Positions 31,770 to 41,760 of a stretch of DNA of 64,000 bases are shown in pieces. Position numbers and translations under genes: made by a program. Source of the stretch: an uncultured bacterium (GTDB lineage Bacteria; Chlamydiota; Chlamydiia; Chlamydiales; SM23-39); assembly GCA_963716985.1 (NCBI GenBank), contig OY970323.1, forward strand, positions 992,001 through 1,056,000, given 5' to 3'. The first letter of the stretch is position 1; the number at the start of each line of letters is the position of its first letter. The notes beneath the pieces were generated by a model. It did not search any database. It had not been told where the DNA came from and saw only the letters and a list, made by a program, of their open reading frames with translations.

Positions 31770-32750
31770 GTGGTGTTTTTTATGAATCTTTTTTATCCAA
31801 TTGAGTTATTTGCTACTTGGTTGATTGACGGGGTCTTTCACCTGGACAAAGGAACTCTTCTTGCAGAAGCGGCGCAGTTCTTTATTGTCGATGTGATCAA
31901 GATATTGATTTTGCTCCTTTTGATTACTTTTTTGGTCTCCCTGGCGCGCTCTTTTTTGCCGCCGCATAAGATCCACCAGATTTTAGAGAAAAAGAAAGGA
32001 TGGTTTGGGCGAATATTGGCGGCTTTGTTTGGAATTATCACTCCATTTTGCTCCTGCAGCGCGGTCCCTCTTTTTTTGGGATTTGTAGAGGCGGGCGTTC
32101 CATTGGGGATTACCTTCACATTTCTTATCGCATCTCCCATGATCAATGAAGTAGCTTTGGTTTTGCTTTTCGGGCTTTTTGGGATGAAGGTGGCCCTTAT
32201 CTATGTTGTGAGCGGACTTCTCATTGCGATTTTTTCGGGATTTTTGATCGAAAAGATCAAGGTGGAAAATCTGATCGAGAGCTATGTCTACGATAAAAAA
32301 CAGGAACGAGTAAAGCATGGACTTTCCATGAGCTGGAGGGAGAGGATCGCTTACGCGAGACACTACACGGGAATGATTGTTCAAAAAGTCTGGTTTTTTG
32401 TCGTCATAGGTATTGGCATCGGCGCTTGGATCCATGGATATGTTCCGATCGATTTTCTGGCCAGATATGCGGGTGCGGACAAATGGTATGCAATTCCTTT
32501 GGCAACGCTGATTGGCATTCCTCTTTATTCCAATGCGGCGGGAGTCATTCCTTTGGTGAACGCTCTGACTGAAAAGGGTGTGTCAATGGGAACCGCTCTT
32601 GCTTTTATGATGGCGGTCACGGCACTTTCTTTTCCCGAGTTTGTTATATTAAAAAAAGTGATGAAGGCAAAATTGATTGCGATTTTTGCTGGCATCGTGG
32701 GGGTTGGTATTATGATTGTGGGATATCTCTTCAATTGGCTTTTGGGATAG
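31770..32750 (+). CDS. Permease (ArsP/DUF318 family)
   Basis: TPFCSCSAVPLF, FLIASPMINE, GIPLYSNAAG, ALSFPE. Confidence 0.88.
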   Translation: MVFFMNLFYPIELFATWLIDGVFHLDKGTLLAEAAQFFIVDVIKILILLLLITFLVSLARSFLPPHKIHQILEKKKGWFGRILAALFGIITPFCSCSAVPLFLGFVEAGVPLGITFTFLIASPMINEVALVLLFGLFGMKVALIYVVSGLLIAIFSGFLIEKIKVENLIESYVYDKKQERVKHGLSMSWRERIAYARHYTGMIVQKVWFFVVIGIGIGAWIHGYVPIDFLARYAGADKWYAIPLATLIGIPLYSNAAGVIPLVNALTEKGVSMGTALAFMMAVTALSFPEFVILKKVMKAKLIAIFAGIVGVGIMIVGYLFNWLLG

Positions 32751-32768
32751 TTCTTGTGCCGCAATTTT

Positions 32769-32803
32769 GAAAAGTTCAGCCAAGAGAGATGACTGAACTT
32801 TTC
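32769..32803. terminator. Putative bidirectional terminator
   Basis: GAAAAGTTCAG...CTGAACTTTTC inverted repeat between convergent genes. Confidence 0.6.
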
Positions 32804-32810
32804 CTATCTC

Positions 32811-33212
32811 TTATTTCACTTTGATTTGAATCTTTTTTCCCTTCGTCCCTTTGGATTTTTTGAACGTGACTTTGAGAACGCCGTCTTTTGCCGATGCCTC
32901 GGGAGATGCTTTATCATCGACTGTGGCGGGCAGAGGAACGCGATAAGAAAAGGACCTGGATGAATGGAGGTGAACCTTCATCTCCTTTTTCTCTTCTTTG
33001 ACCTCTCCTTTGATCCAGAGGATGTGGTCTTCGTAGGCAATCTCTATATCTTTTGAGGGGATGCCGGGAAGGGCCGCCTCGACGTAGATATTGTTTGCGT
33101 CTTCATAGACCGAGAGCCCCGAATCTTTTTTAAAGGGTAGGGCTTCGAAATGGGCTATCAGATCGCGAAGATCATTTTCTTCTCCAAATAGGGAAGGGAG
33201 CCAATATTTCAT
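32811..33212 (-). CDS. Small heat-shock protein (Hsp20/alpha-crystallin)
   Basis: VYED...VEAALPG, FSYRVPLP, ASAKDGVLKVTF. Confidence 0.92.
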   Translation of the reverse strand: MKYWLPSLFGEENDLRDLIAHFEALPFKKDSGLSVYEDANNIYVEAALPGIPSKDIEIAYEDHILWIKGEVKEEKKEMKVHLHSSRSFSYRVPLPATVDDKASPEASAKDGVLKVTFKKSKGTKGKKIQIKVK

Positions 33213-33237
33213 AAAAAATACCTCCTAGGTTTTTCAT

Positions 33238-33789
33238 TCACGAAAGGAAGTGTAATTCTTTTTTTATTTTTTTAAAATCCCTCTTCAATCGCGATAGGAT
33301 CTGCCGGCTTCTTCTAGCAGCTGCGGGATGATAAAGTGCAATCAATAAGAGATCTCCCCAAGAAGAAGAAAGGTGAAAGACCTTGCCATGGAGATCTTTC
33401 ATCGTGGTGAAAGGAAGGTGAAACTTTTGGAAAAGAGCTTGGGAGGACAGACGGCCAAGACAGATAAGCGCGCGGGGTTTTAATCTAGCAATTTCTTGCC
33501 AAAGGTCCTCTCTCCAATAGAGCATCTGTTGGGCCGAGGGAGTTTTTTTTCTTAAAGGGCATTTGAAGAGGTTGGTAATGTAGAGTTTTTCTCGCAAAAG
33601 ATGCGTGGAAGAGAGAAGAGCGTTTAACAGTTTTCCCGATCTGCCCACAAAGGGCCTTTTTTTATGAACCTCTTCTTTGCCCGGAGATTCGCCGATTAGG
33701 CAGATGGTTGGATTTTTAGGGCCCTCTCCAAAGACGAGCGGCGTGCACTTTTTTTTCGGTTTTTTTTTGAACGAGGACTTCATGGACAA
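33238..33789 (-). CDS. Uracil-DNA glycosylase family 4
   Basis: IGESPGKEE, PFVGRSGKLL, YITNLFKC, YHPAA. Confidence 0.9.
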   Translation of the reverse strand: MSMKSSFKKKPKKKCTPLVFGEGPKNPTICLIGESPGKEEVHKKRPFVGRSGKLLNALLSSTHLLREKLYITNLFKCPLRKKTPSAQQMLYWREDLWQEIARLKPRALICLGRLSSQALFQKFHLPFTTMKDLHGKVFHLSSSWGDLLLIALYHPAAARRSRQILSRLKRDFKKIKKELHFLS

Positions 33790-33849
33790 TCTTTCAGGGG
33801 ATTCTTTTTGCTTTATAAGCGAAAGGAGAGTGGAAAAACAAGAAAAACA

Positions 33850-35190
33850 TCAAACCCGGATGGCCGAAAGGGGAGCTTTCTTTCTTGTTATTTGTAAAAA
33901 GATCTTCTTGACCGGGGGCGGGATGGATTTTTCGAAATCTACATGCCAGCCGGATTCATCAAGGACGCTTTTTTCGAAGACGTATCTGCCCATGCCGATG
34001 AGGGCGGTAATGACCATCAAAAGAGTAGCGGCGATGCCGCCTCCGGGAGTGCAGAACAGAAGAACCACTCCAATCAATGTGAGGATGACGACAGTCATTC
34101 CGAGCGCATGAAGACAGGCTTTTTTGATCGCTTGTGTTTGCAGCGAAAAGACCAGATTTTCTGCAAGAGCCAATGAAGTGTCGCTTTTTGCCGCAAGATC
34201 TTTCAGTAGGCCCGGAAGCTTGTTTTTGAGAATATTTTGAACAAACGTATGTCCGAGGTTTTTGGAGAGAGAAATTTGGGCGATGCGCACCCGATTTTTA
34301 AGCCGATTTTCCCTCTTCGAAAGGAAAGAGATGAGCTCTTGGGCGGCAGGCGCTTGCTTGTTAAAAAAGAGGCGTCTTTTTGGTTGGTATTTTTGAAAGA
34401 TTTCTCTGATGGCGGAGTTTTGTGCAATCGCATGAGGCGAGCTTTTATACTTCGTTAACAGTGCAATTTGTTTTTGGAGCTTTGCTAGTTTTTTTTCTTT
34501 CTTTAGAGAGAGGGTAAAATTTTTCCTATAGAAATAGGATAGGTGAAAGGTCAAAACAGACCGTTTCATCTTTTGAAATGCACTATTTGAAGCGCAAATA
34601 GGGGCTGAAGAAGTTGTAAATTTTTTACAATCGTCCAGGAATGTTTGAACGGTTTTTTTTCCCAAAAAATTTTCGAATTTTTTTCGATTTTTTTCTATTT
34701 GCAAAAGATAATTTTTCAAGGAATCTATTGGATTTTTAGATGAGGGCAGTGAAAGAAATTTTGTGAGGTGAAAAAATGGTTTTTTTAAAAAAAGAATCGG
34801 CCGGCTTAGGCTGATTGCCTCGACCCCTCCCTCTACTGAGCAGAGGACGAGGGCCGTAATGTTGCAAGAGAGGGCAAGGGCGATGAATCCGCAGGTGGGC
34901 GAGAGTTGAAAAAAAGTAAAGAGTTTCTGCAAGCAGGAGATGATCGCTTGGCCAAAAGAAAGAAGCGCAGAGGCGATGCGAACGAGGGCCCTATTTCTTG
35001 TGGAGACATCTCCTATTTGAATGCTTCTCTTCAAAGCAATAGAGGTATCTTTAATGTCGAGTGGCGCGCCCAGCACATTCGTGATGCCCGGAAGAAGGGG
35101 CGTCGGTTGAAAAATTGTGACCTCATGAGAAGAATCGTGTTGAAAATAGGAAATAATAGATTGTATCTTTGTAGTAATTGAATGTGTCAT
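33850..35190 (-). CDS. Hypothetical basic membrane protein (Inc/effector-like)
   Basis: 446 aa; paired hydrophobic hairpins near both termini; Thr/Ser-rich N-terminus. Confidence 0.6.
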   Translation of the reverse strand: MTHSITTKIQSIISYFQHDSSHEVTIFQPTPLLPGITNVLGAPLDIKDTSIALKRSIQIGDVSTRNRALVRIASALLSFGQAIISCLQKLFTFFQLSPTCGFIALALSCNITALVLCSVEGGVEAISLSRPILFLKKPFFHLTKFLSLPSSKNPIDSLKNYLLQIEKNRKKFENFLGKKTVQTFLDDCKKFTTSSAPICASNSAFQKMKRSVLTFHLSYFYRKNFTLSLKKEKKLAKLQKQIALLTKYKSSPHAIAQNSAIREIFQKYQPKRRLFFNKQAPAAQELISFLSKRENRLKNRVRIAQISLSKNLGHTFVQNILKNKLPGLLKDLAAKSDTSLALAENLVFSLQTQAIKKACLHALGMTVVILTLIGVVLLFCTPGGGIAATLLMVITALIGMGRYVFEKSVLDESGWHVDFEKSIPPPVKKIFLQITRKKAPLSAIRV

Positions 35191-35438
35191 TGAATTTTCT
35201 TTTTTTGTTCGTCATTGTAGCTTTTGCCATCCTTTAAATCAAGCACTAAAATCATTGCTAGTCAATGAGTTATATAATACAATCTTTATGAATATGTGAA
35301 AAAAACTTATCTTGATCATGCAAAAAAATAAAGGATTTCCGACTTTGTTTTTTTGTATGACTTAATGAAAATTTTCCAGAGATGCGGTTAAAATTTTCAC
35401 TCAAACAAAGATGTTTTTAGAAAAAGGCGAAAACTACT

Positions 35439-35873
35439 TTAGACGATTTCTAAAAGATGGATGTCAAAAGTAATATCTTTTCCTGCCAGTGGGTGGTTGG
35501 CATCGAAAGTGACAAAGTCTTCCGAAAGATCCACAATTTTTGCGATGAAAACAGTTCCGTCGGGCTGCTGAATCTGGAGGTTCTGTCCTAAAGAGAGTTT
35601 TAATTCGCCGGGCAAGTCTTTCCTGTGAACAGTAGTAATCAGTTCTTTGAGATAGGGCCCAAAAGCTTCATCCGACACTAAGGTAATGGATTTTTTTTCT
35701 CCCCTTTTCATGCCCACCAGTGCTTTTTCGAACGCAGGAATGACTTGATTGTGCCCGATCGTTACGAGAAGAGGTTCTGCAAGTGTGGCAGAATCAAAGA
35801 TGATGCCCTCTTGAGAGGAGGCTTTATAATGAACTTTTACAGTATCGCCTTGTTTGGCTTTTGATAACGACAT
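35439..35873 (-). CDS. FKBP-type peptidyl-prolyl isomerase (SlyD/FkpB-like)
   Basis: GDTVKVHY, VIPAFEKALVGM, DANHPLAGKDITFDI. Confidence 0.92.
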   Translation of the reverse strand: MSLSKAKQGDTVKVHYKASSQEGIIFDSATLAEPLLVTIGHNQVIPAFEKALVGMKRGEKKSITLVSDEAFGPYLKELITTVHRKDLPGELKLSLGQNLQIQQPDGTVFIAKIVDLSEDFVTFDANHPLAGKDITFDIHLLEIV

Positions 35874-36042
35874 TGTTTTTCCCCTTGTGTTGATCTTAGG
35901 ATCTTTTTCCCGCATTAAAAAGAATCTCTCGTTTCCTTCTCTTTAGAGGGTCGATGCTATTTCGTCAATAGGTTAAAGAAAAAAACTTTACTCGTAGAGG
36001 ATTTTTTCTTATGTTCTTAAGAGGTGGCCAAAGAATCGGGGA

Positions 36043-36426
36043 ATGATGGAGTTTGTGGATTTTCTAACGGTTGTTATTTGCGCTTTTCTTTATTTTTTTT
36101 TGGATGGCTTTTTTCACTCCAAATATTTTTTTGCAACTTCCCTCGCGGCCCTGAGACGGAAAAAAAAGGGGAGATGGCTCCATTGGTGCAGCAGAGCTGT
36201 TGCCAGCTTTCTTGTCGTTTTCTTTGTGGCTTTTTTTGAAAATTACTTGCAGGTGGTTCATTTTTGGGACGGGGTCATCGCGGGGGCAATCATCGCCTTT
36301 GGCTTCATCATTCCTTCTCATTTTTTCTTATTTTTGCGGGGAGTTGAAAGCCGCACGCTTTTTTTTCTAGAAAGCGGCGTGGCTCTTTTTAATTTACTGT
36401 TGGTCGGTGGCATTTTAGCTGGTTAA
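36043..36426 (+). CDS. Small four-TM membrane protein (DUF1761-like)
   Basis: Hydrophobic 127-aa ORF ending LLLVGGILAG. Confidence 0.6.
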   Translation: MMEFVDFLTVVICAFLYFFLDGFFHSKYFFATSLAALRRKKKGRWLHWCSRAVASFLVVFFVAFFENYLQVVHFWDGVIAGAIIAFGFIIPSHFFLFLRGVESRTLFFLESGVALFNLLLVGGILAG

Positions 36427-36439
36427 AAGAGGAGTTCTC

Positions 36440-37741
36440 ATGAAGCCAAAAAAACAGAAAACCCTGTTGATCATTACTTCTTCCGGCGGAGGGGGGCTCA
36501 TTCAGGCAGCAATTGCTAAAGAACAAGAGGCAAAGGCAAATGATGCCAATGTCCGGGTGGTTGTCAAGGACATCATGCAGGAGTGGGTATGGAAGGGATT
36601 TGGCCGCTTTGGTGTTTTTGCTTATAACTGGACCCAAAAAGGGGGGAGAATTTTTCTCCAAACCCTTTTAGTCAACTGTCAGCGGGCTGCCGAAGTTCTT
36701 TTTTGGCCGCGGATATTTTTCAAACTGCTTCGTCTGCTGCAAGAAGAAAAGGTGGACCGAGTCATTGATACGCAGCCGCTCGGGACAAAGGCGATTGTAA
36801 AAGCCCTTCGGATTTATCATAAAAGGAGCGGAAAAAAAATCCTGCTCGAAAAAATTGCAGTCGATTTGCCGACGCCCTCGTGCCAGCATTTTTTTCGCGG
36901 GGTCAAGTCTCTTTCTGAAGAGGACAAGAAATATCTTTCTTTTGTGTCGATCGAGCCCCTCTTGGAGCCCAATCAGAGCGAGGCAGACTTTTGGCAAAAA
37001 CATTGCGGCCTGCCCCTTTCTCAGGTGGTATATGAAAAATATCCCATTCGCCAGAGTTTTAAACAAATCATGAAAAAATCTTCCTCTTTCTCCGTCAAGG
37101 AGATCTTTGTGCGCGCATCCAGTGAAGAGGAGAGTAGCTGCCAGCGCAAGATTTTTGAAAGAGGTTCCATCTCATTTTCTCCGACCTTTCAAGGGCATCT
37201 CTTTGCGATTCCGCCAGAAGACCGCGTGATGGTTGTTCTTCTTGGCACCAACCCATCGGAAAATGCAGCTTTTCGCTATATTGTTGAAACGTTGCGAGCC
37301 GCGCAAAAGAGCGGATATGCAAAAAAGATCCACCTGTTTGTTTTTTGCGGAAAATTTAAAGGAGCTCTCTATCAAGAGGCCCTGCGTTTTCTGCAAGGCT
37401 ATGAGAACTATCCTAAAAACGTCACCGTGGTCCCCATGTCATTTCAAGCGGATGATGTCATTGCTCCTCTTTTTTTCAGAAGCAACCTTTTGATTACAAA
37501 ATCAGGCGGGCATACGGCAATGGAGCTCTTGGGAGTTGCAAAGGGATCTGTGTGGATTCATTCGGAAGCGAAAAAAAAGGACTCCTCTCCATGGACTTTG
37601 CAAGAACTTTTGAGAGGCATTGCTTCCTGGGAAGCGGGAAATGCGCATTATTTGAAGGAGAAAATGGGGGCCGAAATTGTGACCCCCGAGCGGTTTGTCT
37701 CTCTTTTTGAGGAGAAATTAAGCAAGGATTTTAGTGGCTGA
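36440..37741 (+). CDS. GT-B glycosyltransferase (MGDG synthase/GT28-like)
   Basis: ITSSGGGG, IDTQP, VFCGK, ITKSGGHTAME. Confidence 0.7.
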   Translation: MKPKKQKTLLIITSSGGGGLIQAAIAKEQEAKANDANVRVVVKDIMQEWVWKGFGRFGVFAYNWTQKGGRIFLQTLLVNCQRAAEVLFWPRIFFKLLRLLQEEKVDRVIDTQPLGTKAIVKALRIYHKRSGKKILLEKIAVDLPTPSCQHFFRGVKSLSEEDKKYLSFVSIEPLLEPNQSEADFWQKHCGLPLSQVVYEKYPIRQSFKQIMKKSSSFSVKEIFVRASSEEESSCQRKIFERGSISFSPTFQGHLFAIPPEDRVMVVLLGTNPSENAAFRYIVETLRAAQKSGYAKKIHLFVFCGKFKGALYQEALRFLQGYENYPKNVTVVPMSFQADDVIAPLFFRSNLLITKSGGHTAMELLGVAKGSVWIHSEAKKKDSSPWTLQELLRGIASWEAGNAHYLKEKMGAEIVTPERFVSLFEEKLSKDFSG

Positions 37742-38300
37742 TTAGATAATCGACAAATCCTTCCCAATCCTTCTTATTACCGTTTTTGTAAAAGGAACGA
37801 AGGTCGTCTGCCGAGACGTTGAGCTGGGCTGAAAAATCTTCGATAAATCTATCCACTTTCCCTTTCTTAAATTCCACGTTGATCCTCTTAGACAGTCCAT
37901 GGACAAAGTTGGTCCACTTAAAATAGTCGCCTCGAATGTTATTCATGTAGTTTTTCAGATTCGGGTTGGAGAAAATAACGGCAAGAAATTTTAAAGGATG
38001 CACTTTTGCATTGATTTCGTCGCCCATTCTCTCAAGACGCGTTTTATGGTTCATCAGCAAGTCGAGTTTTCCTTTCGTCCCTATCGTTGTGATGAGATCG
38101 AAGATTTTGTTTCGATCCTCCTCGCTACAAGGGAGCTCGGAATAGGCTTGATAGTCTTCCTGTGGAGAGAGATTGATGATTCCTGCAAAAGGAATCGAAT
38201 AAGAGTGGGAAAAGGGGGTAAAGGACAAGAACCGGTTAGAGAAAAAGACAATCTCTTGTTTTATGGGACTTTCTTGAAAATCGATTGGCAAATCAAACAT
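37731..38300 (-). CDS. Conserved chlamydial hypothetical protein
   Basis: 189 aa with VHPLKFL motif; GGAGGAG RBS. Confidence 0.7.
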   Translation of the reverse strand: MFDLPIDFQESPIKQEIVFFSNRFLSFTPFSHSYSIPFAGIINLSPQEDYQAYSELPCSEEDRNKIFDLITTIGTKGKLDLLMNHKTRLERMGDEINAKVHPLKFLAVIFSNPNLKNYMNNIRGDYFKWTNFVHGLSKRINVEFKKGKVDRFIEDFSAQLNVSADDLRSFYKNGNKKDWEGFVDYLISH

Positions 38301-38483
38301 AAAGCTCCTCCGCTTTTATTTACTAAAATATTTTAATCAGAGAAAAAGATAAAAGAACAATCTTTTTTTGAGGGAAAAATTTCCTGTCGGGGAAAAGAGC
38401 GGCTACAAGCTTTTGGAAGAAAAAAAACCTTCCACGCAATATAGTTATCTTTTTTCGGGCCAGATCAAGAGGTTTTGGGTAGT

Positions 38484-39353
38484 ATGGGTAGAAAAATATT
38501 CCTTTTTTTCCTCCTGCTTTTTTCTCTTTTTGTTTTTGCCAGGGCCCTCAGGGAAACGGGAGGCGGTTTTCGTATGGGCAAGATCTTTCTGGAAAAAGAT
38601 CTTCAACTTCCCGCAAAAGAGCCCTCCTCGGAGCTGCTTGCCCTCTTGGATCAGCCCTTTTTTTATCTGGACCAGGGATGTCAAACCTATGTTTTCTTAA
38701 GTCAAGATCAGAAGAGCGTTCTCAAGATCATCCGCACAGAGCGTTTTCGCCCCCCTTTCTGGGCCCGTTGGATTTTGCTTCCAAAACGCGTAGGGGAAAA
38801 GCTCACAAAAGGCCGCACGGCCAATCTTCAACATGCCATGGCAAGCTATCGGATAGCCTATGCTTTTTTGCCCAATGAAACAAAAATTTCTTATGTCCAT
38901 TTAGGGCAGACGAAGGGATTGCCAAAAGTGCAGTTAAAAAATCGGTTTTTTCAGACCTTTGAAGTGGACTTGAACCGGGTAGGATTTTTGATTCAAAAGA
39001 GGGCAGAGCCGATGAAAAAAGCGCTACTGGAAAAGAAGGGAGATCTTCTATATGCCCAAAAGATCATTGCATCTTTTGTTTCCCTTGCCTCTTCGATGCA
39101 GGAGAAGAATATTCGCAATCGCGATTACAATTGCGTCAAAAATGCCGGCGTGGAGGGAGAGTCCGCGCTTTTTTTGGATGCGGGAAGCTTTGCTTTTGAA
39201 GAAAAGACGCTTTCATTTCCGGAATATGAGGCGAGGATGCGCCAATTTTTGAAGCATTTTTACCGTTTTGCCAAAAAAAGCTATCCCGAGCTTTTGCCCA
39301 TTTTGGATGAGGAGATTGCAAACCATTTAGAAACCAGAAAAAATCGCCTATGA
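38484..39353 (+). CDS. Membrane-anchored kinase-like protein, paralogue 1
   Basis: N-terminal TM; YLDQGCQTYVF, VLK, RD...N, LDAG. Confidence 0.65.
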   Translation: MGRKIFLFFLLLFSLFVFARALRETGGGFRMGKIFLEKDLQLPAKEPSSELLALLDQPFFYLDQGCQTYVFLSQDQKSVLKIIRTERFRPPFWARWILLPKRVGEKLTKGRTANLQHAMASYRIAYAFLPNETKISYVHLGQTKGLPKVQLKNRFFQTFEVDLNRVGFLIQKRAEPMKKALLEKKGDLLYAQKIIASFVSLASSMQEKNIRNRDYNCVKNAGVEGESALFLDAGSFAFEEKTLSFPEYEARMRQFLKHFYRFAKKSYPELLPILDEEIANHLETRKNRL

Positions 39354-40216
39354 AAAACCATTGGAAAGGGAGTTTGGTTTTTTTAAGCGCGCTTGTTTTT
39401 GTTTGCGCGCTTTTCACCATCAAATATCTGGGCACCGGCGGATTTCGGGCGGAAAAAATTCATTCTCATTGTCTAACATCCGCCTCTTTTGATTTTTCCT
39501 CTTCCGGCTTTTCGGAAAAAATGCTGGATCAGCCCTTTTACTATTTAGGAAAGGGACGGCAGGCCTATGTTTTTAGCAGCCAAGATGGAAAGTATGTGAT
39601 CAAATTTCTTCGCGATCAAAAATACCGCCCCTCTCTTTGGATGAGAGCTTCGATTTTTTTTCACGCTCTTTCTTCTTCTCAGAAAAAGGTTTTAAGAGAG
39701 CAGAGCGAGCGTTTAGAAAGAGCTCTTTTGAGCTATCAACTAGCCTCTTTGAAGCTCTCTTCGGAAACGGAGATTTTGAGAACCCATATCGGGCAAGGGC
39801 CTTTGTCAAAAAACATTCTTCTTGTCGATGGGTTTTCAAGAAAGTTTGCAATCGATTTGGGAACAACCTCATTTCTTTTACAAAGGAAGGGCGAAAATTT
39901 GGGCCGATTTCTTTTGCGATGCCATCAAAAAAATGACGTAAAATTACTGCAAAGCGCAATTTGCGGTTTTTTTGAAACGATCAAACGGCGGGTGGGAGAA
40001 AACATTCTTGTGCGCGACGCCCACTGCACGCTGCAAAACACGGCCCTTTGCCGGGGGCGGGTGATCGAGATTGACGTGGGGAGTTTTTACGAGGATGCTC
40101 AGTGCGATAGAGCCTATGAGATCAAGCGATCGGCCGGGCCTCTTCGAGAATTTATCGAGAAAAACATTCCCGAGGTGCTCTCTTTTTTTGATGAAGAATG
40201 GAAGCGAGCTTTATGA
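39350..40216 (+). CDS. Membrane-anchored kinase-like protein, paralogue 2
   Basis: N-terminal TM; YLGKGRQAYVF, VIKF, RD...N, IDVG; ATGA overlap. Confidence 0.65.
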   Translation: MKNHWKGSLVFLSALVFVCALFTIKYLGTGGFRAEKIHSHCLTSASFDFSSSGFSEKMLDQPFYYLGKGRQAYVFSSQDGKYVIKFLRDQKYRPSLWMRASIFFHALSSSQKKVLREQSERLERALLSYQLASLKLSSETEILRTHIGQGPLSKNILLVDGFSRKFAIDLGTTSFLLQRKGENLGRFLLRCHQKNDVKLLQSAICGFFETIKRRVGENILVRDAHCTLQNTALCRGRVIEIDVGSFYEDAQCDRAYEIKRSAGPLREFIEKNIPEVLSFFDEEWKRAL

Positions 40217-41091
40217 AAAATTTTAGGATTTTTCTTCTTCCCTTCACGGTGGCCGTCTTGCTTTTTTTCTTAAGTCTTGCGCGAACGGATCTTTTTGAGG
40301 AGGGAAAAATTGATGGAAGAGGTGTTTTTCAAGATTGTAGAAATTCCCCTCAAAGCTCTTCGACAGCAGAGGGCCTGCTCTCCCGGCCATTCTATTATCT
40401 GGGCCATGGACGGCAGTGTTATGCATTTGAGAGCCAAGATGGACAATACGTAGTTAAGTTTTTCAACTTTTCTTCCAACCACAAGCCCTCCTTTCTCGAG
40501 CGCTTCAAGCTCCCTTCTTTTTTAGAGAAGATCTTTTTGCGCAAGGAGAAGAGGGGAAAAGCTTTTTTCCGGGGGTATTTCCTTGACGATCTTTTAAAAG
40601 ACACGTCTCCCAAAATGACCGCAACTCTTCTTGTCCAACTGGGACGGGGATCCTCTCACAAAGACTTGGCGCTCTATGACAAATGGCATCAGATGCATCA
40701 TGTCCATTTGGATGAGACGGCCTTTGTTTTGCAGCGGAAGGTTTACCCCTTTTTTTCTTGGTTACAAGAGTCTCTTTTTCAAGAAGATCTTTTTAGAGAA
40801 CGGATCGCTGCCTACGTAGATCTCATTTTTTCTCGTCTGGAGAGAGGAATTTTTGATCCTGACGGACGGTTGTTGGAACATATAGGCCTGGTCGATGGTT
40901 CTTTGGTTTTTTTTGATCAGGGCAGGATTTTTTTTGAAAAAAAATTGGAAGAGCCCTCTTTTAGGGTGCAAAAAATGAAAAAAGAGACTCAATTGCTCAG
41001 AAAGTTCCTTTTAAAGGAGCATCCTGAAAAGCTCAAAATCTTGGAAGAGGAGATCGCAAAAAGGCAGGGAGGTCACGGAAGAGAGCGCTGA
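40213..41091 (+). CDS. Membrane-anchored kinase-like protein, paralogue 3
   Basis: N-terminal TM; YLGHGRQCYAF, VVKF, FDQG; ATGA overlap. Confidence 0.65.
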   Translation: MKNFRIFLLPFTVAVLLFFLSLARTDLFEEGKIDGRGVFQDCRNSPQSSSTAEGLLSRPFYYLGHGRQCYAFESQDGQYVVKFFNFSSNHKPSFLERFKLPSFLEKIFLRKEKRGKAFFRGYFLDDLLKDTSPKMTATLLVQLGRGSSHKDLALYDKWHQMHHVHLDETAFVLQRKVYPFFSWLQESLFQEDLFRERIAAYVDLIFSRLERGIFDPDGRLLEHIGLVDGSLVFFDQGRIFFEKKLEEPSFRVQKMKKETQLLRKFLLKEHPEKLKILEEEIAKRQGGHGRER

Positions 41092-41717
41092 TGTAAAATT
41101 CCCACCACTTCTGCGTCGCTTGTTTGGTCAAAAAAATCGTAAAAATCGCTGACGCTGAAGAAATTTTCCACGATAAGGGGGCAGATGAGGGCGTCGACGC
41201 TTTTTTGGATTTTGAGAGATGTCTCTCGAGGCGCCACGGGAATGGCCACGACAATTTTTTTCACCCTTTGTTTTTTTAAGAAGAGAATGGAGGCCTCCAT
41301 TGTGGCGCCCGTTGCAATGCCGTCATCGATGAGAAGAATGGTTTTGTTTTTGCACTCGAGTTTTTTTCTTCCCTTTCGGAAAAGATCGACGCGGCGGCGC
41401 GCTTCTTCTCTCTGCTTTTGAATCTCTTCTTCTAAATAACTACTCGATACCTGTAGCTCTCGTATGACATCGTTGTGGAGTAAAACCTCTTCTCCGGCAA
41501 TGGCTCCGATGGCAAGCTCGGAATTGTTAGGAGCGCTTAGCTTTCTCGGGACGATCACATCGAGGGGAAGGTGGAGAAGATCGGCAACGGCCGCAGCCAC
41601 GACGACGCCCCCTCTTGGCAGGCCAAGGATGAGGGTGTCTTTCTTTTCTTTATAGGAAAGCAGGAGAGACGCTAGCTTCTCTCCTGCCTCTTTTCGATCT
41701 CTGTAGGCGCTCATCAT
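41073..41717 (-). CDS. Phosphoribosyltransferase family protein
   Basis: YRDRKEAG, LPRGGV, ELAIGA, LLIDDGIATGAT. Confidence 0.9.
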   Translation of the reverse strand: MMSAYRDRKEAGEKLASLLLSYKEKKDTLILGLPRGGVVVAAAVADLLHLPLDVIVPRKLSAPNNSELAIGAIAGEEVLLHNDVIRELQVSSSYLEEEIQKQREEARRRVDLFRKGRKKLECKNKTILLIDDGIATGATMEASILFLKKQRVKKIVVAIPVAPRETSLKIQKSVDALICPLIVENFFSVSDFYDFFDQTSDAEVVGILHQRSLP

Positions 41718-41760
41718 TTTTCTTTAGCAAAAATCTTTGTTTAAAAAAAGGGGTCTTGTG

